Assembly: GCA_965153285.1 (NCBI GenBank)
Contig: OZ229122.1
Length of the DNA stretch: 64,000 nucleotides
Source: Podarcis tiliguerta
Lineage: Eukaryota
Reading direction: 5' to 3' (one strand)
The notes below the pieces were generated by a model. The model made no database searches and had not been told where the DNA came from. It saw nothing but the letters and a program-made list of their open reading frames with translations. Within the stretch, counting starts at the first letter, position 1. Every line of letters begins with the position of its first letter. The position numbers were made by a program, and so were the translations under genes. Shown piece by piece: positions 26,101 to 38,167 of this stretch.

Positions 26101-28769
26101 AACAGCAACCAGTGTTGATTCAGATCATCTTGGGGGAGGACCCATGATCTCTGGTAGTCAGAAAGTTATTTCTAAATAAATAACATAAAAAAGTAACTGG
26201 CACTGCAATTTTTACAAACAAATATGGGCTTAAAGACAATGTGATTTTAAGGGTTTGCGGGGTGTGGGGAGCTATTCTTACTTGCCTGTAAAGGTGGTGA
26301 CCATTTTGCACGTGTCCAAATGATGTGCAACTGCTGACGCATGGGTCCCTTAGGACCTGGAAGAGTGGGGCAGAATGGGCTTATGGGGCAGTGGGAGTGG
26401 GGAGGAATAGAACCCCAACACAAAATGGTTTATTTTAAGGAGGCAGACAACTCCAGAGAAGGACTGTCATTCCTAGGTGTCTAATATATCACATTGCGTG
26501 CATATGTGTGTGTATATATATGTGTGTGTGTATTATTATTATTATTAGTAGTAGTAGTATTTTGAGGGTTGAGACAAGGAGTCAAGACATGTCATTATGG
26601 ACATTTCTCCAGTCCTATCAACAAGAGGACATCTGGAGACTCAAATGGCCCACTCAACACTCATACATAAATGTTTTGAGCTATCTTTTTGAAAATGCAG
26701 ATCTTGTTTCCCTGATTACCAATTTTGAAGGCTGTTCCTAATTAGCAATATCCAACCAAGTCAATACTCAGCACAGAACCATTTACATCAATGGTATGGA
26801 AATTACATAAGTCCATTGATTTCAGTGGGTGTGCTCCAGGTATGATGTGGCTGGATACCACCCCGCGGTTCTTACCTTCAGTGTTCTGAGGTAATAATCT
26901 TGCTATACAAGCTCTGCACAAGTTCAGCAACTCCTTATATTTTACTTCCATAATGCTTTAGTTTGAACTCATTCAGTCATCCAACACTACTCATAAGTCC
27001 CCAGAACTCTTATTCTATCTTTTTTGTTCCATGTCATTCTTCCTCCATCAAAACACTTTATACTTTTTCATCTACACTGTATTATTTTAAAATTAAAACA
27101 ATATTACATAATTTCAATTGCTTCATGGTTTAAAGTGTTTCTGTCTTTTAAGTAAAAACAACAATAACTGAAAGAAAGAAAGAAAGCTTGTAGAGTTTGG
27201 AACATATAACTGGCCTCAAAAGCATACAACACTATCCCATGGTCAGAAATAAACCATGGCTTATCATAAGGAGTAGTCTGCTGGCAGTTGCTGCTTTTTT
27301 CTTTCTTTCTTTTTAAAAAAGTAATAACAGAAAGAAAACACACAATGCCACAATAACAATCCACTATTCCTAAATGTGGTATATTAATATAGAGAATTGA
27401 TATGATATATAAATGGGCACAATATATGCTCAAAAGCAGAAAGGGCAGTAAGATCTTCACACCACTGAGTAATGGGTAGTGGGTATTTATCTTTCCAGCC
27501 TTGGAATACAATTATCTTTTCAAGCATAAGGGCTCAGATGATCCACTTTTGTTGTCCGTTAGTCCCCACATCATAGGAATGTTAAAAGTGCACAAACATC
27601 CTCATGTACCAAGGATTTTTCCAAAACAAGGTTATTAAGAACAAAAGTTTCTGACCCAAAAATTGAGCATGATAGTTCAACCAATCCCATTCTGCCTCTG
27701 ACAGAACCAAACCACGAGGCTTCACCTGGCGTTAAGTGAACTGGGCACTTATGGTTTGTTCAGGAGTAACAAACCATAGTGGTGGTGAGGCATGAACAAA
27801 CTTTGGCTTCCTCTTGTGGGTTGTTTGGAAAAAAACAACCATGAGTGTCAGTTCACACATAACACTAAGTAAAGCACTGTGGTTTGTTTCTCCTGGAGGC
27901 AGACAGGGCAGAGCAAAGTGGGAACAACAGAGCAGCCAGCACCTGCACTGCTTGTTCACAGTAACTCATGGCTTATTTCTGACAATGGCTTACCATTAAG
28001 CATGAACTGGGATACTGTGTGCATATTTCTGCCATTCCTTCTTTCTTTTGTATGAAAGTTGCTTCGAACAAATACCTGTTTATCTTTGCAGAAGTGCCTA
28101 GCAGACTTTTAGGCACTATTACTATTACTTTTGGTTTTAATAGATTACAGTTTTAATATATTTTATATATGTATATAGTTTTAGAGTCTATCCATGTTTA
28201 ATTGTTTTTTAATCATTGCTTCTTCTATGGTTTTAGCGGTTCTTGTTTTTATCTGTAAGCTGCCTTAAGTCAACACATTTTGGAGTGGAACTTCCTTCTT
28301 GAGGAGCAAGCTTAGACATTCAGAAGCAGCTTACACAAAGATATTGGTGCCTATCTGGCACCATAAGAAAATCGTTCCTTTGGTTCCAGATAGGCAGCAA
28401 TATTTGTGTAAGTTGCTTCAAACAGTCTTAAGTTTACTCCTGAAGAAGGAAGTTCCACTCCAAAATGCGTTGACTGCAATAAACATTCAGAGGAGCATTA
28501 CTTGAAAAAGCTGGTGCCATATATCACATCAGAAGCTGAGCTAATGAATGAACCCATTACGTTATGGATTATTATTAGGTCCTATAACAATGTTTCCTGG
28601 GAAGGTATAATGACACAATTGGCATGTTTGCTGCAGAGTCTAGACCCTGTGATTGTGTCTGTGGCCTGGTGTTGCTGGTAAGTAGCTGCCTTAGGTTGTC
28701 TTATTCCTGGGTACCAGTCCAACTTCATTAATCTTTTTTAAAATTATTATTTCAGTGGGTGAGTATTAT

Positions 28770-29356
28770 TGCAGTCTCAATGCAAATCTGCATGTTGCAA
28801 GTGTCTGGACAAACGCTCTTTTGCATTCTACACAGGACTAACAGTTCAATATCTATTCAACAAAATAAAGGGACACAAATCCAACATCAGAAATGGCAAT
28901 ATCCACAAACCAGTTAGAAAACATTTTAACCTATCAGAATACTCTTTAACTGACCTTAAGGTGGCTATCCTTGAATGTTCAGTGTGAAACTGCTGAATTC
29001 TGAGTTATCAGGCAATTCAATCCTGCCACCTGGAGCTTGACTCAAGATTGTGGTGTTTTTTTTAAAGAAACACACTGTATATGCTAATTAGCTAACAAAT
29101 GTCAGGATGACTGTGTTATCACAAACACTGCCTAGTTAATTGGTCACTACAATTATTTTGCTTTTAGTAACTGTCACAGCTCTTTTTGCATTTTATTCCA
29201 TCGACTTCACTCCCATGCCAACCATGGGTAGATATGCTTGCCACTTTAGGACTGCATTTCATGCATCTTATGAAATAGACTGTGGTACGTGAAAGCTTTT
29301 AGCCTTACACCACAACAAATGTGTTGGTCTTTAAAGTGACACAAGATCCTTTGTTA
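28770..29356 (+). mobile_element. Penelope-like element 3' fragment (GIY-YIG endonuclease remnant)
   Basis: FYTGLT...KIKGHKSNIRNGNIHKPVRKHFNLSEYSLTDLKVAILE matches the vertebrate PLE endonuclease pattern; PLE-like 3' sequence follows. Confidence 0.75.
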
Positions 29357-29565
29357 TTAATACCACTAGTAATTACAGTATAGGAAAATGATTCAAACAA
29401 AATGAAGCAAATAATAGTTGGCCTACTACAAATTTATATTGCATCCTTAGTTTGCTAAATTCTGTACCAACTGTATTGTGCTCACTCCTACAATTTATAT
29501 TTTGCAGAAGAGGAACTAAGGCTCAGTGTGTGTGTGTGTGTTGCCCAAGACTGCAAAATGAATTA

Positions 29566-29810
29566 CCGAATTTTTTGCTCTATAAGACTCACTTTTTCCC
29601 TCCTAAAAAGTAAGGGGAAATGTGTGTGCGTCTTATGGAGCGAATGCAGGCTGTGCAGCTATCCCAGAAGCCAGAACAGCAAGAGGCTGCACAGCGATCC
29701 CACTTGCTGTTCTGGCTTCTGAGATTCAGAATATTTTTTTTCTTGTTTTCCTCCTCCAAAAACTAGGTGCGTCTTATGGTCTGGTGCGTCTTATAGAGCG
29801 AAAAATACGG
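29566..29810. mobile_element. Tc2/pogo-like MITE
   Basis: TIR CCGAATTTTTTGCTCTATAAGAC / GTCTTATAGAGCGAAAAATACGG; TA on the left flank, TG on the right. Confidence 0.75.
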
Positions 29811-31276
29811 TGATGGAAGAAGCAAATACTGAAATCAAGGTTTTTTAATCCAAGCCCAACTGACCCTGTGGCCCACACTGACTCTGTCAAACTAAGGCTG
29901 CAACCCTGTGCATACCTTCTAGGTAGCAAGTCCCGACAAAATCAGTAAGACTTAATTCTGTCTAAACATGCATAGGATTGCTCTGTGAAGCACTTATGTG
30001 GTTGTGTGTGAAACACACACACAGTGCTGATATAGAAGACAAGACAGTATTTTCCTTTTAGTATCATAGCCAAATTTTTCCCCCTAAGAGAAGACAGCGC
30101 AGATCAAAACAACCTCAAAAACTGTGACTGTCTGAATGACAAGTCTTTACCCTTTTAGGTGGTTTATGAACAGGTCCTACTGACTTATCTCAAATAGGAA
30201 GAAATCTTTTAGCCATGAGCACTGAAAAGATTTGTAAAGGAATTTCCCCCTTTTAAAAGTGTTTTATTCAACACATTTGTAATGCAAAAACATTGTATAG
30301 AGAACCATATGGTGTTTTCCTACTTTATTTGCTGCTATTTTGATTCCCTTGGGTGATTTTGGGCGTCCTTTCTGGCCTTTTGAAAAATGGAATCGACTAA
30401 CACAATTCCAAAAGGAAAGCATCAAAAATAAAAGGAGCACCCTGGACCATACTTTTGTATTTTGGGCAAATTAATCTGCAGTAACTACCATTTCCTGATT
30501 CTGTATTAACAACTAACACATATTACAGGCCTACACAACTGATGGCCCACCAAGCTGATTGCAGCCCCCCCCCCCCCACGCCCACGTACTGTAGCCAGGC
30601 AGGTATTCACTACACCACGCCAGTTCTTGCAGTTGAAAGCACAGAGTAGGACAAGGTACTTTGGCAAATCTCTGGAGGGCCGCTATGCATGGCTGGTGGG
30701 CTGCATTTAGATTAGTGGTTTAGAAACTGTACAGGCTTGATGTACTAAAATCCCTACTTTTATGCTTGCAGCATGCTTTTAAAGCATGGGACAAAATCCC
30801 TCTTGGCACTCTTTTCATCCCATTTGGAAGCACAGGAGAGTGCTCTAAGCTGCATTAAGGGACAACTGATCTACATCTGTCAGTCTTGAAGATGTACCCA
30901 TAGTGTGCTTCTCTAAACCAACAAAATATTTTTAACCTCCAGAAGTCCCTCCGCCTTTGTCATTATTGCTGCGTGTCCTTGTTCCCTCCCCCCGCTCCCC
31001 AGTCTGCCACCTAAGATTGTAATACTATCTCCTTACTTCAAGAACTGCTGAGAATACAACTCTTCTAATATACAAAGACTTTTATAATCAAAGGTTGGGT
31101 GGTGGGGAAAGCAGAATGCGGCTGAGAATTCTGCTCCAGACTGAGCCACAAGCCAAAAAGTACAAATTCAAGCTTCAAGGAAAATATTTCAGATCTTTCT
31201 CTAAGTGACATTATGTTTTCCCTATATTTATTTACCTACTTAATTTATATAGCTGCTCTATAGCACAAGTACTCTA

Positions 31277-31490
31277 GGAAGCCAGTGTGGTGTAGTGGTT
31301 AAGAGCGTAAGACTAGGACCTGAGAGACCAGGGTTCAAATCCCACTCAGTCATGAAGCACACTGGGTGACCTTGGGCCAGTCATTGCCTCTTGCTTAACC
31401 TACCTCACAGGGTTGTTATGGAGATTATGGAGGGGTGTGTAGACCATGTACTTTTTGGAGAAAAGGGTGTGATATAAATGCAATAAATAA
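31277..31490 (+). mobile_element. tRNA-derived SINE (Squam3-like)
   Basis: Pol III A box TGGTGTAGTGG and B box GGTTCAAATCC; core ctgggtgaccttgggccagtca; AATAAATAA tail. Confidence 0.75.
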
Positions 31491-31939
31491 GCTCTTCTCC
31501 TTACCTGCTTAAGAAAGCCCATGTGGCTCTTTACATCAAGTTCTGATAAACTCAATCAACAGATACAAGCTCTGCCTTCATAGCTAGTTGTGACACCTGG
31601 TGCTTAGAGAACAAAAACCAGCATTTTGATTGTACGCTTTCTACATCTCCACACAATCCAAGCCTCCAGCTGCACAAAACCATTACAAGAATTTCACAGG
31701 CTGGAAATCTAAATCCCTCCCGGAGTCATACACAGGATTTCATTGAGAAGCCCTCAGTGTGCATGGCAAACTTTCTCCACCTCCGTTCAGAGACACCTAC
31801 TTTTGAGTGTCAACCTAAGGCCTCAGTTTCCTTCAATGACCCGTCCCCCCTCCAATTTATGTTTAGATTTTAAGCACCACTTTGAGAGTTTGAGGGTACG
31901 TAACACTTTAAAATGAACTACTTAAGCCATCATAAACTA

Positions 31940-32181
31940 CAGTGGTACCTCGGGTTAAGTACTTAATTCGTTCCAGAGGTCTGTTCTTAACCTGAAACGG
32001 TTCTTAATCTGAAGCACCACTTTAACTAATGGGGCCTCCTGCTGTTGCTGCGCCGCGGGAGCACGATTTCTGTTCTTATCCTGAAACAAAGTTCTTAACC
32101 TGAAGCACTATTTCTAGGTTTGCGGAGTCTGTAACCTGAAGCGTATGTAACCTGAAGCATATGTAACCCGAGGTACCACTG
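31940..32181. mobile_element. Tigger/pogo-like MITE, copy 1
   Basis: TIR CAGTGGTACCTCGGGTTA / TAACCCGAGGTACCACTG; TA TSD; near-identical copies at 42829 and 48494. Confidence 0.9.
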
Positions 32182-32391
32182 TAACTGGCTAGAATATATC
32201 AAATTAGAATCATAGAATCATAGAATCATAGAATCATAGAATCATAGAATGATTCTATGATTCTATGATTCTATGATTCTAATTTGATATATTCTAGCCA
32301 GTTACAGTGGTACCTCGGGTTACATATGCTTCAGGTTACATACGCTTCAGGTTACAGACTCCGCAAACCTAGAAATAGTGCTTCAGGTTAA
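32095..32391. repeat. Perfect inverted duplication (143-bp arms, 11-nt spacer) centred on a (TAGAATCA)n/(TGATTCTA)n microsatellite
   Basis: 32095-32237 is the exact reverse complement of 32249-32391. Confidence 0.95.
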
Positions 32392-32899
32392 AAATTAAAA
32401 GCACACCACACATTAAAAGTACAGTACATTAAACAAGGCAACTTAAACCTGACCAAAACATGTTGGGTTTAAAAGGAGAAGAGGAAGAAAGAAAAGAAAA
32501 AGAAAGAGTACAAACTCAGATTCCAGCCGGAAGTTTCACAGTTTCTTCTCTCCCACAACCCCCAAATGCCTTTCCGTCTCAGCAGACGCTATCTGATATT
32601 GCTCCAACTTCTCGGACTCAGCAACCATCCCAACACTGGGACGTCTCTGCCAAATACAGTCCAGACCCTCTCCGTGTAGCCGCACGCACAGCTCCTAAAC
32701 TCGCTTCTGCCAGGAGGCCTTTTAGATAAAAACTCTTCTTACCTGCTGCCCTCACCGATCTCAGTCATGCCCAGCCATTCACACGTTCCTTTTCTCCCCC
32801 CGCAAGCCCCCCCCTTGAACCCCCATATCCGACTCCTGGAACGGCAACCTATCCCTTCCAGGGAGTTAGCTATTTCACGTGTATCCCCCACCTGCATTG

Positions 32900-33700
32900 C
32901 TCCCCCCTCCCCCTCTCTCTCACGCACAAACTGCCACGATCCCTTCACGTGTCTCGAAACCCCGACGTCCCCACGTGCTTGCTCCTCTACCTCGCGCTCC
33001 TTCCGCGACACTTTCGAGAACGACCCGCAACAACAACTCAACACACAACACACGCGTGAGCACGTGCCCCGCCGCCCCCGCTTTACCTGGAACGGAGGCG
33101 CGTGCCCCATGGCCCGGTACGGGGTGGCCCCGGCCGGGCTGGGTCCCCGTAAAAGCCCCGGAGCCGGCGGAGGAAGGGCGGACAGCGCCGCCGAAGCAAC
33201 CGGAGGGGGACCCCCGGGCTGCGGCGGCGGCGGCGTGAGAGGAAACCCCCCGCGGCCGGCCATGGGGAGCCGAAGTGAGGAAGTCGGCAGAGGAGGCAAC
33301 GGCCGTCAGGCGCTCCGAGCGCGCCCCACAGAAAAAAAGGGAAGCGGCGCTGGCTGGCTCGCTGGCTGGCTGACGAAGCGGGGCGGCTCTCCGCGAGCTG
33401 CCCGGCTCCTCCTCCGGGACCGCCTCCTCACAACCAACCGCCAGAGCCCAGCCTGGGAGGGAGAAGCGCCTCTCGGGACCTTCGGGCCACTGCGCGCGAG
33501 GCGCCACTATCGAGCAACCGCCTCCCGAGAGACGGTCGCGCGGGGCTGGGCGGGCTCGCTTCTCCTTCTTTCTCTCACATGGGAGCCCCCCCGGCCAACT
33601 CCGCTTCCAGAGGGGCTTCACACCCTCAAGAAAGTGCGCCTACGAAGGGGGTCCCCTCAGCCTTCCAAGTGTGCTGACCGCACGACCCTGGAGCATCGTG
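32900..33700. promoter_or_regulatory. CpG island / SMARCD2 promoter and 5' UTR
   Basis: Abrupt rise in GC and CpG density around exon 1; GC-box-like and ETS-like cores. Confidence 0.85.
33087..33263 (-). CDS. SMARCD2: SMARCD2 exon 1 (start codon); total CDS 1524 nt, 507 aa
   Basis: ATG at 33263; MAGRGGFPLTPPPPQPGG...MGHAPPFQ|GTAAAG donor; in phase with exon 2; lies in a CpG island. Confidence 0.92.
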
Positions 33701-34129
33701 TATTTTAGGAAGCAACTCTTTCAATCTCGCACTTCACTGCCTGGGGGAGATGAACGTTGGCACATTTCCTGGGGAGTAAATAAATAAGTAAATAACAACA
33801 GCAACAATTTATTATTTCTACCCCACCCAAATGGCAGGGTTTTCCCCAGCCATTCTGGGCGGCTTTCAACAGAACATTAAAAACAGAATGAAACTTCAAA
33901 CATTAAACACATGAGAATGCACCTAAACACAGCCTACCATTTAGTTACCCTGCCACACATCAAATTAGTGTGAGGTAAAATAAAAACAAATACTCGATCC
34001 CTTCGACAGCAAGATATTGGTTGGCTAAGCCTGAGCCACCCCAGGCAGTTTTCTCATCTGGCTTCACTGGGAAATTCCCAGTGGCAGAAATGGGACTTGC
34101 TTTTTAACCTCCCATGCAGACCTGCCTGG

Positions 34130-34445
34130 TTACTAAGGTCATGAGGAGCCTGTGAAAGCTCATCTCATGGGATCAGTCGGATAGAGGGCCTTTTCTGTTT
34201 TGGTGCCCACGGTAGCGTGTGAGGCATGATGTGCCAACTAGGATGTGGTTTCTACACATGTTAAAAATGTACCTGTTTACTTAGGCCTTTGCTGACCACT
34301 GAGGCCAGCCATTTTCTGTAATGCAGTTAAACGTACTGGCTGTTAAGGCTGCTGGTGTGTTTTTTGTTTGGTATTTTTAATGGATTTTACTGTAAACCGC
34401 CTTGAGATGTTTTCATAAATAGGCAGTCTATATTTTTAATAAATA
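34130..34445 (+). mobile_element. L2 LINE 3' fragment
   Basis: L2-like end: agggccttttctgt..., ttaaaaatgtacctgttt, tgtaaaccgccttgag, AATAAATAAA tail. Confidence 0.5.
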
Positions 34446-36125
34446 AACAACCTGGCATATTAACAGAGGGCCCACCTGTTCACCTGTGCCAACGTGCCAA
34501 TGAGGCAAAATGAGAAAGGCATCCAATAGGGTTCTCATTGCCACTACCGGTGTTTCATCACGTTTCTTTTCATTATTTATTGAATAAGGTGTTGGAAAAC
34601 AGGTAAATAGCATCTAACAGAGACTGTAGGCCTTTCACATTCTACATGGCCATTTCAGTTTTGAGAATGGATATTATCCTGTCGTTTTGTGGCATGTACT
34701 CATTTATTTTTGTCTGGGGAAACAAGAAGGCCAAAGCAGATGTCAGTCAAGTACCTTGGAGGAGACCATGCCACCAGCAGGCCCTTTCCCTCATTGCTCT
34801 CTCCCTCAACCCAGATGGCCGGAGGACCCAGACGACCCTGTGAGCCAGTGTAGTATATGGTCAGAGTGTTGGGCTAGGAGCTGGAATAAGAAGACCAAGG
34901 TTCAAATCCCCACTCAAAGTGGCCTGGGCCTATATCTAATATATATGTTTATATCAATAGCAATTTTAATTAGGGTTGCCAGGTCAGGATTACCCCAAAC
35001 TCTTTAAGATTTCAGGCCCCAAACCTGAAACTTAGGGTGATATAATGTTGGGCGGGCCCTGGAGATGGAGGTTAATTGGGAGAGGGTAGTGGCAGGATGC
35101 CCGCCCACCCTAAATGTCTATGCTCTAATTTGCAGTCAGCTCTTGCTGAGCTGAAGCTTGCAAGCTGCCTGTAAATGTCTCCCCTACCTCCCAGACCACC
35201 TTTGCCTTATGTGATTGTCTTGTCAGAACGGTATTGCTGTAACACTCTTTTCCTCCAACAGCATGGAGCAGTGTCTCTTACACAGAGGGGAAGCATTCAC
35301 CCTCACAGGTAGGTTACAAACGCCAGGCTCTCTGCTTCAACCACTGCTGGCCATAAACTCCTGAGCACTTTGGCCTTGTGGGGTCACAGCTCAGATACAG
35401 GCAGCTGAATAAGCTGCTCCTGCACACACCGAGTTCTTCTGGATATGATCACAGTCCTTGCAGTCTCTCCCTTCACTTATGGGGGTGTGCTGAGACACCA
35501 AGCATCACTCATTCTTTTCTCTCATTGTCAAAGGCTCAGGATAAGGCATTGCTAGAGTGACTGGTTGACAGCGTCACACATCTATCTTTCCCTTTCACAA
35601 ATTCCTGCATCCCAGATGCCGGTCAATAAAGTTTATGACATTGCCACACATTGTGGCTTTACTGGGAGTGGTAGATTGGGATCCCTTTGCCACACCCTTC
35701 AGGAATATTTGTATATCTGAATACCTACCAGATGGCAGAGCGCAAGTAACAGGAAGGCTGGCCAGATGTACACAGAGTACTGGACTAGATGGAGAGAAGT
35801 CACTTGCCCAAAGTCATGAACAGAGTACAAGGAAGAGGTGGGAACAACCTCACTACATTAAAAAAACCACAACCCTCATCATGTTCCTTTCAATCAATTT
35901 CATCCTTAAACCATTAATTTTCCTCCCTGACCTGTCCAAATAATTTCCCTTTCCAAAATTATTTTTGACTCTATTTACCCCCACATGTGTTCCATGTTTC
36001 TGCCGCCTACATTACAGACCCTTTAGGTTGGCTATTATTATTTATATCATTTATGAATCACTTCTTGTGAGGGACCTCAAAGCAACTGGCATTATAATGA
36101 CATATATAAAACATTTTTTTAAATC

Positions 36126-36156
<31 letters not shown>

Positions 36157-36168
36157 ACACACACACAG
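36126..36168. repeat. (CA)n microsatellite
   Basis: Read directly from the sequence. Confidence 0.95.
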
Positions 36169-36732
36169 CAATTGCATGCAAAACCACATATTTAGCAGGC
36201 ATTGAAAAGCCAATAGGGTAGGTTCTGTCTGATATGTGGAATGGAGCCCCTGACAGGATAGTACCTGCACTGTGCCCACTCCTACAGAACTCAGTGATAT
36301 GTGTAGGTATGTGGAATGTGGAACTCAGTGGTATGTGTAGGATGAGACAATCTTTTAGGTATCCTGGTAGGCTGTATAGGGTTTTGTACACCAATACCGG
36401 CATCTTGAACCTAGCCTAGTAGGTCATTGGCAGGCAGTGCAATTCCTTCAGCAGCGGCCTAATGTGATGGTGATGATGTTGGCTCAAAGTCAATACGTAC
36501 AGTATTCGTATTTTCATTCCTTCCTTCAGGAGGTTTTGAGCTGAAGCTGCCAGGTGTCTATGAGACTCCATAGAAACTGAAAGTGAGGAGTCATCACTGT
36601 CTCATGACACCATCCCTGGCTGGTTGCCTCCACGTTGGGAAGACAGGTATGCAATGCTACCCGCCCCTCCTGCTCTGCCACTGTACCCTGGTACCCCTGT
36701 CCTATTAACAATAGCCTTAAAAAAAAAAAAAG

Positions 36733-37180
36733 TTTTATTGAAGCATAATGACCATTACTGACTACGTAAAAGTACAATATCAGAGTATGACACCATAACA
36801 TATGTAAAAAAAGAGGCCCGGAGTAGTAACAAACTAATATAAACCAAGTCATCCATTTTTCCTGAGCTTGTGTAGATGGTGCACGTTGGCCATCTATGTC
36901 CAAAACATAAGAAATAAAACCCTGTCAGATGACGTAGAAGCATTCTGGGTCTCCAATCCCTCTGGAGACCTGCAATTGGTGTGTTATTTTTTTCCACAAT
37001 AGCCAAAGTCCATAGGTTATTATACCACAAAGAGAAATGTAGATCCCACCCCCTCCAAAGTTTTCCATTGCTGGGCTGTTGAAATCCCAGCAGCAGCTAG
37101 CATGGATGTCAAAGGTTCTTTAGAGTGCCAAGCTTTTGTGATATCAGTCCGCATATTCAGTAATGACAGTTGTGGAGAAA
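36733..37180 (-). mobile_element. L1 LINE 3' remnant
   Basis: LTSMLAAAGISTAQQWK...WYNNLWTLAIVEK resembles the non-mammalian L1 ORF2 C-terminus (AAR..IA..WK...W...A..EK); AATAAA at the 3' end. Confidence 0.5.
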
Positions 37181-37190
37181 CGTGAGCAGG

Positions 37191-37342
37191 TAGAATCATA
37201 GCATCGTAGAGTTGGACGGGACCCTGAGGATCATCTAGTCCAACCCCCTGCAATGTGGGACTATGCAGCTGCCCCATATGGGGATTGAACCTGCAGCCTT
37301 GGCGTTGTCAGCACCATGCTCCAAACCAGCTGATAAGCTATC
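37191..37342 (-). mobile_element. tRNA-head / CR1-tail SINE (Squam2-like)
   Basis: Reverse strand has a GGATAGCT tRNA-like head, a GGTTCAATCCC B box, and tail GGGGGTTGGACTAGATGATCCTCAGGGTCCC...ATGATTCTA. Confidence 0.7.
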
Positions 37343-38133
37343 CAGTAAGTTAACTATTTTGGATATTTCTTGATAAACTTGGGAACAGAATAATGAGAAA
37401 TTCCTACCAAAGATGGGGGACTGTCCTTTAACAATAATATTTCGTATACTTTCATACTTTATATGTTAAATTCGAGCCATTGTATGTCTTAAAACAACGG
37501 CACGTATGTACGGCCTAAATAGGGTTTGATCAATACTGTACTGGGTTTGTTTTTGTGGAGGATATATTTGTTTTTTTACGAAGTAGAAGGATTAAGCGGC
37601 TACAGCACGGCTCCTGATCACTCGGATCCACATGTTGCATTGAGTCTGATCTATACAGTATGTGGAACACAAAATGACTTGGTAGAATCCTTAACCCACC
37701 AGTTTCCAAAAGAAGGACAGAAACTTTGAGAAGCAGGAAGAGAGAGCGCCGGCCACCGAGTCCCTTATGCAGGAGAGAGACCCCATCAGCCACAAGAGGG
37801 CCTGCTTAGCTGCCGAAGGAGAAAGGGGAGGTCTTTCTCTCTTTATTCTTTTCTCTAGCCAGGATGTGGAATTGAGCTTCCTGGATTTTGCAGCTTGCAG
37901 CTGCTTCCCCTAAGACCCCCCCCCCCTCTCATCCCAGCTCCCTGCAAGGGGGCGAGGATTTCTCTGTAATCGGCCTTCACCATTCTCAGGCAGGCCGCAC
38001 GTTGCAGTCCCTGGCTAGGTGCAGGTAAATGATCGGGGGTGGGGTGCAAAAGATCAACCCGGCCTTTTCGATCTCCTCTGCCCCCACCCTCCCGTCGCCG
38101 CCTTTGCAAGGTCCGATTCACAAGGAGGAAACA

Positions 38134-38167
38134 ATGGAGGCTGTGCAGGACATAGATGGACCCCGAG
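38134..38167 (+). CDS. Putative first coding exon of the C2H2 ZNF gene (exon 38111-38167)
   Basis: Acceptor ttgcaag|38111; Kozak-like acaATGG; MEAVQDIDGPR(G); phase-1 donor GAG|GTGGAG (weak) is in frame with the 40521 exon; upstream donor CAG|GTAAAT at 38025; CpG-enriched surroundings. Confidence 0.4.

Noticed and set aside
32205-32281. Regularly repeated short units suggesting a CRISPR-like array
   Set aside because: An 8-bp microsatellite with no spacers, in a vertebrate genome with no cas genes.
32739-33708. Long overlapping ORFs (313 aa on +, 233 aa on -)
   Set aside because: These reflect stop-codon scarcity in the SMARCD2 CpG island. Only 33087-33263 on the - strand is real coding sequence.
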